Below are positions 1 through 8,130 of a stretch of DNA of 64,000 nt, one piece after another. Both the position numbers and the translations under genes were made by a program. The stretch spans positions 895,291 to 959,290 of the forward strand of contig OZ241362.1 of the NCBI GenBank assembly GCA_965200315.1, written 5' to 3'. The notes under the pieces were generated by a model. The model did no database searches, was not told where the DNA came from, and saw only the letters and a program-made list of their open reading frames with translations. The stretch comes from Candidatus Latescibacterota bacterium. GTDB lineage: Bacteria; Latescibacterota; UBA2968; UBA8231. The stretch's first letter is position 1. The number at the start of each line of letters is the position of its first letter.

Positions 1-208
1 GAGCGCGTGTAAAGCTGCACTACGTCTAAATGCGACCTGTGTTTAGACCCGCGCCGGTGCAGAGCCCAGGGGGTGGGTATGTATGAGGGGGACCGGCTTA
101 CGCAACATTGGTAGGGGGAGTTCGGCGGAAAGCGGCTTGACCAATCCGAATGAGGCGGGTTTATTTGCGCCGCCGCGCAAAACCGCTGATTGGGAAAGGG
201 GTAACGCC

Positions 209-655
209 ATGTGCAGCCATATCCGGTTCCTGCTCTGGGGGATGGTCCTATTGGGTGTGGCCGAGTGTACGCCCGCCCTACCCCCAAGACCGCTGCACAT
301 CCAAATCACCGGGGAAGAGTACACCTGGCAATTCCGCTACCCAGGCCCCGACGGCGCGTTGAACACTGCCGACGATATAGTCAAGCGAGGTAAGGAGTTA
401 CACCTTCCACTTGGTATAGAAATTGAACTCGAATTGACGAGCCGAGATTACATCTATACCTTCGCCCTACCCCATCTCGACCTGCGTCAGGTAGCCGTGC
501 CCGATTTAACCTTTGCGCTGGCCTTTACCCCACAAACCACCGGCGCATTCGCCTTCGTCGGCGACCAAATGTGCGGCTTTGAACACGAGTCGCTCAACGG
601 CCGCTTGGTAGTCGAGCCTCCAGCAGCTTTCGTCGCTTGGCTGACGGGGCCGTAA
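209..655 (+). CDS. small membrane-anchored cupredoxin-like protein (cytochrome/quinol oxidase subunit II C-terminal-domain-like, CuA ligands incomplete)
   Basis: ORF 83..655. Internal ATG at 209 is preceded by GGAAAGGGG. Hydrophobic N-terminus IRFLLWGMVLLGV. YTWQFRYP...DYIYTFALP...CGFEH follows the COX2 cupredoxin pattern, but the His, first Cys and Met ligand positions are Tyr, Gly and Leu. Confidence 0.5.
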   Translation: MCSHIRFLLWGMVLLGVAECTPALPPRPLHIQITGEEYTWQFRYPGPDGALNTADDIVKRGKELHLPLGIEIELELTSRDYIYTFALPHLDLRQVAVPDLTFALAFTPQTTGAFAFVGDQMCGFEHESLNGRLVVEPPAAFVAWLTGP

Positions 656-664
656 AGTCAGCCA

Positions 665-762
665 CCCCTCAGTCCAACCGTATCTCCTCCCCGGCCTCTT
701 GGCTGCGATAGATCCCATCGAGGATTTTCATCACCTGTAGGGATTGCTCCGGCGGCACCGGC
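665..762. repeat. direct-repeat copy A: orphan duplicate of the last ~31 codons plus stop of the oxidoreductase gene
   Basis: Block 669..762 aligns to 2611..2704 with 88/94 identities. The last 67 nt (696..762 vs 2638..2704) are perfect. On the minus strand it reads ...PVPPEQSLQVMKILDGIYRSQEAGEEIRLD*. Confidence 0.9.
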
Positions 763-773
763 TGTAGATGTAG

Positions 774-1418
774 TTAAGAGCTTTGGCTGTTTGGAAAGAA
801 CAACCGTTTCAACCAAGCAACAAGAACATCTACTTCTGGGACATTGGGATCGAGGAAGCAGGCGGTAATGGCCGTGCCGAAAGGCCGCCCTGGATCTTCT
901 TGCCAAGCAAGCCAAGTATGGACGATCGCCTTGGTCTCGTCTAGTGGTTTGAAACGCTGCTCGCCTTCAGGAATAGTGGCGACACTACCTTCCGCATGGT
1001 CAAAAAGGATGTTGGGTTGCGGAACGAGAAAGCGCAGAAAATCTTCCAAAATGCCGCTTGTTCGATTATTCGGCATAATCCAGATGCCCAATCGCGGTAA
1101 AAGTGTTCCTCGCGGAGGGTAGAGGATCGTTCCGTCTGGGCTCGGTTGAGCAGGCACCTCTTGGTATCCGACACCGATGATTCGATTTCGCACCGACTGC
1201 CAACGACTACTTATGTCCGTATCGGCGTCAACGACCACCCCAATAACGTCGCCTTCCTCGCTTAATTTGAGTCGGACGCCAAGACTCTCAATGAGTTTTT
1301 CGACATTGCCATGGCTTTCCACTCCATCAAGGTGAGGAATGCCGCGATTCCCGCAAATATGCTTCAGAACATGCTCGTCGTCAGTCCCTTCCACCATAAG
1401 CATTTTCCCGTTTGCCAT
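774..1418 (-). CDS. TOPRIM-like (DUF4435/DUF3226/RloB-type) putative nuclease effector
   Basis: ORF 774..1496. ATG at 1418 lies 1 nt after the ATPase stop (1420). MLMVEGTDDEHVL (conserved Glu), VVVDADTD (DxD) and GILEDFL fit the TOPRIM/OLD-type pattern. Confidence 0.6.
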   Translation of the reverse strand: MANGKMLMVEGTDDEHVLKHICGNRGIPHLDGVESHGNVEKLIESLGVRLKLSEEGDVIGVVVDADTDISSRWQSVRNRIIGVGYQEVPAQPSPDGTILYPPRGTLLPRLGIWIMPNNRTSGILEDFLRFLVPQPNILFDHAEGSVATIPEGEQRFKPLDETKAIVHTWLAWQEDPGRPFGTAITACFLDPNVPEVDVLVAWLKRLFFPNSQSS

Positions 1419-1419
1419 G

Positions 1420-2538
1420 TCAGCGCACCTCGACTTGGTCGCGCGTTGCAATGGCCAGTTCGTTTTCTGATAGCACAGTGGGAATAGTGTCCTCACCCCG
1501 GCGGGTCAAACGTATAAGTACCCCTTCTTTAGGTGCTTCGGCCGCCGCTTTCTGAAACGCCTCGACCGCGTCCCAACTATGGGACGTTGCAAAGACTTGA
1601 ATATCGAGCGTGTGCGCCAATCGGAATATCGTGCGCCACACATCTAACTGTACGGTGTGATGCAGGCCATTTTCAAATTCATCCACCAACAAAAGTCCCC
1701 CACGAGCGTTGACGAGGGAAAGAATTATTCCGAATAGCCGATTCAGTCCGTCGCCAAACGAGCGCAGTGGAACGGGTCGTGCGATATGGTCTGCGCGTAC
1801 AATGGCGGTAGGGTTCCTATGCGTGATGCCAACCATAGAAACGGCTGAAATCTCAGGAACGATGATGCGCAACGCTGCAACGACATCCTTCTCCCTGTCA
1901 GATAGCGCGATTTTATCCCACAATGGCCCTAACATTCCCGTGCCTTCGCCGCCGTAGGGACTGACGAAGATACAGGGCATCCGTCCGTCAGAGGGTTCAG
2001 AAAGCTCCCGGTGCATTGGGTAATGGTGTCTGCCAAAACGCTCGAGCAGGAGATTTCGCGTTCCTCCTTTCGTCTCGACGCTCAAAGCAGGGATACCTTC
2101 TGATTCATCCAAGAGGCTTGGTTGCTGAGGGACTAACCGATACTTTCCTGCCGAGTCGCGTTCCTCTGATAGCCAGCCCAAGCGCATCGTCATGCTCATT
2201 GGGCTCGACCTGCTACTGGTTGAAATAGCGATCGGCTTAGGGTTTTCTGAAAGCAGGGGAAATCCATAGAACAGCCCCGAAACCAGAAATAAGCTCTCAT
2301 GATCAGCGGAGCGCCCCCCTTCCTCTGCTTCTTCGATATTTTCTTCGCGGTATCTGAGTATATCGTAAATCACGTCAAGCGCAGCATTCTTGGCGAGAAT
2401 ATGCAGCCCTTCAAGAACAGATGATTTCCCGCTGTTGTTCCTTCCGGTAATCAGGTTCACGCGCCCCAAGCCACAGATGGTCAACTCGCGGAATGCGCGG
2501 AATCGCTCCAGCGTTAAGCTCTCAATTTTGAGACCCAT
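1420..2538 (-). CDS. ABC-type AAA ATPase (AAA_21/AAA_15-like; AriA/AbiLi/OLD N-terminal-domain-like)
   Basis: Walker A GRNNSGKSS, signature-like SFGDGLNRLFG, Walker B LLLVDEFENGLH, H-loop ATSHS. ATG at 2538 with AAAGGAAAA upstream. Confidence 0.8.
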   Translation of the reverse strand: MGLKIESLTLERFRAFRELTICGLGRVNLITGRNNSGKSSVLEGLHILAKNAALDVIYDILRYREENIEEAEEGGRSADHESLFLVSGLFYGFPLLSENPKPIAISTSSRSSPMSMTMRLGWLSEERDSAGKYRLVPQQPSLLDESEGIPALSVETKGGTRNLLLERFGRHHYPMHRELSEPSDGRMPCIFVSPYGGEGTGMLGPLWDKIALSDREKDVVAALRIIVPEISAVSMVGITHRNPTAIVRADHIARPVPLRSFGDGLNRLFGIILSLVNARGGLLLVDEFENGLHHTVQLDVWRTIFRLAHTLDIQVFATSHSWDAVEAFQKAAAEAPKEGVLIRLTRRGEDTIPTVLSENELAIATRDQVEVR

Positions 2539-2605
2539 GGCATTTTCCTTTCACTCATTCCTTCATTTCGCGACAACATATGCTAACCGCTCGAACATGA
2601 TTGGC

Positions 2606-2704
2606 CCCCTTCAGTCCAACCGGATCTCTCGCCCCGTCTCTTGGCTGCGATAGATCCCATCGAGGATTTTCATCACCTGTAGGGATTGCTCCGGCGGCAC
2701 CGGC
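2606..2704. repeat. direct-repeat copy B (functional 3' end of the oxidoreductase gene)
   Basis: See copy A. All 6 mismatches fall in the 27 nt next to the stop codon and give QETGREIRLD* versus QEAGEEIRLD*. Confidence 0.9.
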
Positions 2705-3666
2705 GAGGGCCGCCCTTGGGCAATCGCCGCGGCGAACTCCACGCATTCCTGCGCGTGGGCTTCTAGGCCGTCGTACATCAGCATGAGCTTGCGGTCGTAC
2801 TGTTGTCGGGTCTGGTTGTTGCTCTCGCAAATCGAGCACTGAGGCCAATGCGCACCGCCTCGGGTGCCGTAGAGCCACATCTGCATGTCCTCGCCTTGGG
2901 TCGGGTGATGCAAAAGCCAACTCACCTCCAAGACGAGCGTCGCACCATTGTCAAAGCGCACAAAGGCCGCGGCAAAATCCTCGACATCGTAGTGGGCTGG
3001 AATCGTCTGGCGACCCCATTGACTGAAAGCCCCTTCTTGGTGCGCCAATTCAGCGCGGGCCACGCCCGAAATAGCCACGGGCTCAGGATGCCCCATAAAC
3101 CACAAGGTCAGGTCGAGGATGTGAACCCCAATGTCGATGCAGGGGCCGCCGCCGCTGTGCTCCTTGAGAATGAACCCGCCACCGGTCGGCGCACCGGCCC
3201 GACGCAGCATCCAGCTACGAGCGTGGTAGATGTCGCCGAGTGCGCCTGTGTCTATCTCGGCTTTTAGCGCACGGGACGATCCCTGAAAGCGAAAGTGCTG
3301 CGCCGTCATCAACTCTTTGCCCGAAGCGTCGCGTGCCGCGATCATCTGGCGAACAGCCTCGGGCGTGGGAGCCAAGGGCTTTTCGCAGATCACGTGCTTG
3401 CCAGCCGACAGCGCGGCAATGGCCAATGGAGCGTGATACATGTTGGGCGTGCAGATGTCGATAATGTCGATATCGGGGTCGCTGAACAGTGCCTCCGGGT
3501 CGGTGTGCAGCTTGGTGACCCCGTTTGCTGCGCCAAAGCGCTGCAGCGCCTCCTCGCTAATATCGCTGCCAGCGATCAACTCGGCCTCGCTAGAAGCCTC
3601 CCAGCCGGGGATGTGCGTACCGGCAATTCCGCCAACGCCGACGATACCTACTTTGAGCGTACTCAT
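2611..3666 (-). CDS. Gfo/Idh/MocA family NAD(P)-dependent oxidoreductase
   Basis: N-terminal Rossmann motif KVGIVGVGGIAG, then EKP motif (VICEKPLA) and a typical C-terminal alpha/beta domain. Confidence 0.85.
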   Translation of the reverse strand: MSTLKVGIVGVGGIAGTHIPGWEASSEAELIAGSDISEEALQRFGAANGVTKLHTDPEALFSDPDIDIIDICTPNMYHAPLAIAALSAGKHVICEKPLAPTPEAVRQMIAARDASGKELMTAQHFRFQGSSRALKAEIDTGALGDIYHARSWMLRRAGAPTGGGFILKEHSGGGPCIDIGVHILDLTLWFMGHPEPVAISGVARAELAHQEGAFSQWGRQTIPAHYDVEDFAAAFVRFDNGATLVLEVSWLLHHPTQGEDMQMWLYGTRGGAHWPQCSICESNNQTRQQYDRKLMLMYDGLEAHAQECVEFAAAIAQGRPSPVPPEQSLQVMKILDGIYRSQETGREIRLD

Positions 3667-3722
3667 GGCTTATCCTTGTTTTTGGTTGTGGTTTGATCTA
3701 CGCGAAAGAGTCGTTGTTAGAT

Positions 3723-4475
3723 TTAGATCCGCGTCAGGGCTTCGGTCGGCATCCACCCGCCGAGGCCGTTGGCCAGCCTCACCAGCATCCACTCGCCCTC
3801 CTGCCGCACCAAGCGCACCTTCGTCCCTTCGTGCGCCACAAAAACCTCGGTCTGCCCGAGGTCCGGGCCGGAATACGCACGCACCTCGGCCACCGTGACG
3901 ATAGCTTCGCTCGTCTGCGCCTGATGGTGGAGGCGCGTCCCCAGCCAGAGCGCGGCCCCAACGCTCAGCCCCGCACAGAGCAAAACCCCGCCTAGCCACA
4001 GCGCACCGGGGCGCGTCTGCGCGAACAACCACCGCACCCCCAAGACAAAGACCGCGAAAAACGCCACCGCGAACAGCAGGCTGAGCTGGTTGAACGTGGG
4101 CCAGAAATAGGCGGCCACCAGCGCGGCTACTAGTGCGCCGAGGCCGTCCTGAGTTTGCGGGTCGCGGTCCTTCTTTACGAGGTTGGCGAAGCGCAGATTG
4201 GCTTCAACGTCCTCGTCGTGCGGCAGCAAGCGCTGCGCCCGCTCGTACCAGAGAATCGCTTCGCCCAGCTTCCCGGACTTGAAGCAGGCATTGCCCAGAT
4301 TGTAGTAGAGCCGCCCGTCTTGCACCCCAGCGTCCACCACCTCCAAGTAGCTGCGCCGCGCCGCCGCAAAATCCCCAGCCTGATAGAGCGCATTGGCCTC
4401 GTTGTACTGCCCAGCCGCAGCCCCGGCGTGGAGTTGAGTGCCCAGCAGGAGTAATAGCGCCAGTGCGCGCATCAT
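3723..4475 (-). CDS. batE: BatE-like TPR + C-terminal SH3 domain protein
   Basis: Signal peptide, TPR (YYNLGNACFKSGKLGEAILWYERA), membrane segments, SH3-like tail (EGEWMLVRLANGLGGWMP). ATGA overlap with batD. Confidence 0.65.
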   Translation of the reverse strand: MMRALALLLLLGTQLHAGAAAGQYNEANALYQAGDFAAARRSYLEVVDAGVQDGRLYYNLGNACFKSGKLGEAILWYERAQRLLPHDEDVEANLRFANLVKKDRDPQTQDGLGALVAALVAAYFWPTFNQLSLLFAVAFFAVFVLGVRWLFAQTRPGALWLGGVLLCAGLSVGAALWLGTRLHHQAQTSEAIVTVAEVRAYSGPDLGQTEVFVAHEGTKVRLVRQEGEWMLVRLANGLGGWMPTEALTRI

Positions 4476-6250
4476 ATCCGCTTCTCCAAACCCGCGATCA
4501 CCTCCCCGGCCAAGCGCCGTGCCGCCGCCCGGTCCGTCGGCGGACCGCCCGCGGGCGCAAAGCGCGCAAAATCGCAGCGCGTTAGCAGGTCGCGCAGGGA
4601 TTGGATCGTCTCAGCCGCGACTTGGCGCGCCGCTAGGGCCTCGGCACAAACCTCAATGGTCAGACCAGCCGCGGCGAGGTTGAGGCGGTCGGCCACAAAC
4701 TCCAGCACCGCGGCGCGGACCTCGCCGTAGAACTCGGCCTCGGTGCCAGCCTCAAGCAAGGCATCGGCGCGGGATAGGCGGCGGCCTGCTTCGCCTTTGG
4801 CCCGGCGCCGGCGCGCGTACGCCACATCGCCCTGCAAGCGCCGCTGGTGGCGTTGCCACACAAGCAGGGCCAAGAAGGCGAGGGGCAGTGCGCCCTGCCA
4901 GGTCCAAAACCAATAACGCTCGTGTAGCATAAGAGCCACGACGAGGGCCTCGACGTCGGGCTTGATGTAGCGAATGTCCTCTCCTACGGCTTCGATGTCG
5001 CGCCGGCTTAGCCCGTAGCTCACCCTTTCCTCCTCGGCACTCCCCTCGCTGTGAATGGTGATGGGCTCAGATTTGAGGACCTCATAGCGCGCTTGGTGTG
5101 GGTCGAAGTACGCAAAGCGCAGCGGCGGGATGTTCAGGGTGCCGCCCTGCTCGGGAATCAAGATGTACTCGAAGAGGCGGCGACCTCCGTACACGCCGCT
5201 GGTGATCCGCTCTTCTTCCTCGACCTTGGGATCGTAGAGCTTGACGCCAGCGACAGCATCGACTTGTAGAGGCTGCACCGCAGCCATGTTGCCCTCGCCC
5301 TCGACCAGCACGCGCAGCGTCACCGGATCCCCGGCCGCAACTTGGGTCGGCGGGGCCGCAACGCTGAGTTGGAAGCGCCCCACCGCGCCGGTAAATTCCG
5401 CCGGGCGACCCTGTTCGGGCAGCGGTAGGACCTCGATTTGCAATTCCTCGCTTTGCAGGAGCACCGAGCGAGAGCGGCCAAAGAACGGATCGCCGGCGAA
5501 GAAATCGTCGAGCAGGCCGCCGCGCCGCGAGCGCTTTTGCGGAATGTCGCAAGAAACGGCCAATGTGCCGACAGCGTGAGTCCCCGCGCCGGTGGGAAAA
5601 AGGGCCACGCGCCGCAGCGGCGCGACGCTGTAAGACACGCCGCCGCGCACCTCCTGATGCGACTCTAGCTGTTGGGCGACAAAGAGGTCTTCGGTCCAAA
5701 ACCCGACAAAGGTCGGCAGCTTGTTGAAGCTGACGTTGCGCGGTTGGATGCGGTAGAACAGGTCGTAGGACACGGTGACCTGCTGCCCCACATAAGCCCG
5801 CTGGTGGTCGGCGCGTGCCAACACGAAGATGGGACTCTCTCCTTGGCCGGCTTGCGCGCTGCTAGTGCCGCGGACGATCTCGACAGTAATGGGCTTGGTC
5901 TGATAGCGCTCACCGTCCATTTCTAGCTGGAGAGGACCAATAGTAAAGGTGCCAGCCTGCTTGGCATAGAGAGCATACGCTAGCTCGCGGGAGTAGCTAA
6001 CGTTGGAGAAGTTGCTCATCTCCATCCGCGTACTAGTCGCTGGCCCTTCGACGTGGAAATCCTTTAGGTCGAATGCTGGCGTCACTTGGGGCAACTGCTC
6101 GTCGGAGGTGATGCGGAGCGTCAGGCGAATCGGCTCGCCCTGACTAGCGCGCGTGCGATCGACAGACGCCTCGAACTGAATCGCCGCCGCCGCCTCGCTA
6201 GATGCCGCCAGCGCACACAGCACTAGCGGGATGGTTAGCCGCGCTTTCAC
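4472..6250 (-). CDS. batD: BatD-like oxygen-tolerance protein
   Basis: 592 aa. Signal peptide, repeated Ig-like beta modules, C-terminal TM plus helical tail. Position in the bat array. GTG start overlaps the batC stop. Confidence 0.65.
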   Translation of the reverse strand: MKARLTIPLVLCALAASSEAAAAIQFEASVDRTRASQGEPIRLTLRITSDEQLPQVTPAFDLKDFHVEGPATSTRMEMSNFSNVSYSRELAYALYAKQAGTFTIGPLQLEMDGERYQTKPITVEIVRGTSSAQAGQGESPIFVLARADHQRAYVGQQVTVSYDLFYRIQPRNVSFNKLPTFVGFWTEDLFVAQQLESHQEVRGGVSYSVAPLRRVALFPTGAGTHAVGTLAVSCDIPQKRSRRGGLLDDFFAGDPFFGRSRSVLLQSEELQIEVLPLPEQGRPAEFTGAVGRFQLSVAAPPTQVAAGDPVTLRVLVEGEGNMAAVQPLQVDAVAGVKLYDPKVEEEERITSGVYGGRRLFEYILIPEQGGTLNIPPLRFAYFDPHQARYEVLKSEPITIHSEGSAEEERVSYGLSRRDIEAVGEDIRYIKPDVEALVVALMLHERYWFWTWQGALPLAFLALLVWQRHQRRLQGDVAYARRRRAKGEAGRRLSRADALLEAGTEAEFYGEVRAAVLEFVADRLNLAAAGLTIEVCAEALAARQVAAETIQSLRDLLTRCDFARFAPAGGPPTDRAAARRLAGEVIAGLEKRI

Positions 6251-7035
6251 CAGTCCCTAGCCTGCGCCTTGCCGGTGGCACGAAACCGCCGCTGCTGAGC
6301 TTCCAACTCGCGGTTCTTGAGAGCATCCATGAGCTGCTGAGCTTCCTCGGGACTCATGGAGCGCTGCTCGGCAGGCTGCTCCTCCTGCTGTTGGTCCTGC
6401 TCACTTTGTTGCTGTTGCTGTTGATCCTGTTGGTCCTGCTCCGAATTTTGCTGTTGCTGTTGTTGGTCCTGTTGCTCTTGCTCTTCTGAATCCTGCTGAT
6501 TCTCCTGATTCTCCTGATTCTCCTGATTCTGCTCTGAATCTTGCTGCTGTTGATCTTGATCCTGCTCTTCTGAATCGTCCTGCTGTTCCTGCTGTTGCTG
6601 CTCCTGCTGCTCCTGCAATTTCTCCAGCGCCAGTTCCAAGTTCACCTTGGCATCCTCGTCGGTCGCGTCTAGTTCCAGCGCCTGCTTGTACGCGGCGACG
6701 GCCTGTTCAAACGCCTGCTGCTGAAAGAAGCTATTGCCCATGTTGTAATGGGCTTGCGACTGGATTTTTTTCTTTTCGGCGCTGAGCACCCGCTCAAATT
6801 CCCGTAGGGCTTGGTCGTATTCGCCGCGCTTAAAAAGCGCGTCCCCGACGTTGAAGTGCAGCTCGGGCGCGTCGGGCCGGTCGAGGAGGGCGTCTCGGTA
6901 GAGCTGTAGAGCCTGATCGTATTCGCCACGCTGGTAGTGCTCCAACGCCTCGGCGCTCTTGCTGGCCACGGGATCGCCCACGGTCGCTCCGCAGACGACC
7001 AGCCAGAGCCCCAAGAGGCCCCACAATGCACCCAT
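6247..7035 (-). CDS. batC: BatC-like TPR protein with long Q/E/D-rich tail
   Basis: ORF 6247..7131. ATG at 7035 overlaps the batB stop (TAATG). TPR repeats (HFNVGDALFKRGEYDQALREFERV), then ~90 aa of Q/E/D low complexity. Confidence 0.65.
   Translation of the reverse strand: MGALWGLLGLWLVVCGATVGDPVASKSAEALEHYQRGEYDQALQLYRDALLDRPDAPELHFNVGDALFKRGEYDQALREFERVLSAEKKKIQSQAHYNMGNSFFQQQAFEQAVAAYKQALELDATDEDAKVNLELALEKLQEQQEQQQQEQQDDSEEQDQDQQQQDSEQNQENQENQENQQDSEEQEQQDQQQQQQNSEQDQQDQQQQQQSEQDQQQEEQPAEQRSMSPEEAQQLMDALKNRELEAQQRRFRATGKAQARDW
6496..6531. repeat. 4 x 9-bp tandem repeat (ctgattctc) inside the batC Q/E-rich region
   Basis: Read directly. Encodes QENQENQENQ on the minus strand. Confidence 0.9.
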
Positions 7036-8060
7036 TAGGCGAACCGCCCCTTCCACTCGCGGGCCTGCACCCGCGCATCGCCTAAGAAAGCCTCGGCGAA
7101 GAAACAGCAAATTGCCAACAATAAGGGCCATTGGAAACGCTCCTGATAGCGGGTGAGGCGGGTAGAGCCGATCTCGCGCTGATCCATCTCGGCGATCTGG
7201 CCGTACAAGGCATCCAATTCCGCGCCGCCCAAGGTAGTGCGAAAGTAATCGCCTCCCGTCTCCAGCGCCATGTCCTGTAAGGTGCTCTCGTCGAGCCGGG
7301 TTTTGACGTATTGGCCGCGCTTGTCCTTGTGAAAGATCACGCCGCCGCCTTCCTCCTCAGTAGGGATAAGCTCGCCGTCAGGCGTCCCCAACCCCAAGGC
7401 AAAGATACGCACACCCTGTGCGGCGGCTGTCTGCGCCGCGGCCAGCGGCTGCCCCACGTGATCCTCGCCGTCGGTGAAGAGCACGATGGCCTTGTGCTGG
7501 CCTTCGCCCTCCTCAAACGAGCGCACGGCCAGCCGCACGGCGTCGCCAATGGCCGTCCCCTGGACGGGTATAGCCCCGGCGTTGAGCACATCGAGGAACA
7601 GCCCCACCGAGCCATAGTCAGTCGTCAGCGGGCACTGGACAAAAGCCTTGCCAGCAAAGACTACCAGTCCGACCCGATCACCTCGGAGCAAGTCCAACAG
7701 GCCGCGAATCTGGTGTTTGGCCCGCGCCAAGCGGCTCGGCTTGACGTCCTCGGCCTGCATGCTACGCGATACGTCGAGCACCAGCATCACGTCCACGCCC
7801 TTGCGCTCGGCCATTTCGAGTTGCGTACCGAATTGGGGGCCGGTCAGGGCTAGGATCGCAAAGAAGGTCCCCAGCCCCAATAAGACAAGTTTTCCCACTT
7901 GGCGACCCCGGCTCAAGTTGCGGGTCAGTTTCTCGGCCAGCGGGCCGCGGGCAAAACGCGCCAAGGCGCGGCGACGCGCCCAGAGCACCCAGGCAAAAAA
8001 GGCCGCCAAAAAGGGCAGCAACAACAGCAACCAAAAATTGTACAAGTTCGCAAAGCGCAT
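7035..8060 (-). CDS. batB: BatB-like von Willebrand factor A (VWA) membrane protein
   Basis: N-terminal TM pair, VWA MIDAS DVSRSM...TDGED, C-terminal TM. Confidence 0.75.
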   Translation of the reverse strand: MRFANLYNFWLLLLLPFLAAFFAWVLWARRRALARFARGPLAEKLTRNLSRGRQVGKLVLLGLGTFFAILALTGPQFGTQLEMAERKGVDVMLVLDVSRSMQAEDVKPSRLARAKHQIRGLLDLLRGDRVGLVVFAGKAFVQCPLTTDYGSVGLFLDVLNAGAIPVQGTAIGDAVRLAVRSFEEGEGQHKAIVLFTDGEDHVGQPLAAAQTAAAQGVRIFALGLGTPDGELIPTEEEGGGVIFHKDKRGQYVKTRLDESTLQDMALETGGDYFRTTLGGAELDALYGQIAEMDQREIGSTRLTRYQERFQWPLLLAICCFFAEAFLGDARVQAREWKGRFA

Positions 8061-8130
8061 ATAAACTCAGGACAGCGAGCGGATGTACAAGTTCGCAAAG
8101 CGCATATAAACTCAGGGCAGCGAGCGGAAG
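8041..8130. repeat. 2 x 45-bp tandem duplication of the batA-stop/batB-start junction
   Basis: 8041..8085 versus 8086..8130, 43/45 identical. Each copy carries tca (stop) and cat (ATG) in the junction arrangement. Confidence 0.9.

Larger units (their letters stand above)
763..2610 (-). mobile_element. putative inserted two-gene defence islet bounded by direct repeats (no integrase or transposase present)
   Basis: Bracketed by the 665..762 and 2606..2704 repeats. Hand counts of 60-nt lines give about 43-50% G+C inside versus about 60% in the flanks. The contents are not housekeeping genes. Confidence 0.55.

Noticed and set aside
43-393. Several overlapping 60-93 aa ORFs at the left edge of the window
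   Set aside because: They are mutually overlapping, lack motifs, and partly overlap the better-supported cupredoxin-like gene.
763-2610. Search for an integrase, transposase, inverted repeats or toxin-antitoxin genes associated with the inserted cassette
   Set aside because: None found. The ~2.6 kb around the cassette is fully accounted for by the two cassette genes, the repeats and the flanking core genes. The mobile-element call rests only on the repeats and composition.
6202-6489. Plus-strand poly-Leu ORF (LLLLLVLLTLLLLLL...)
   Set aside because: It is the antisense image of the CAG/CAA-rich Q tract of batC.
6360-8130. Possible CRISPR-like or other interspaced repeat array
   Set aside because: The repeats are either in-frame coding microsatellites (9 bp) or a simple two-copy tandem duplication. 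There is no repeat-spacer periodicity and there are no cas genes.
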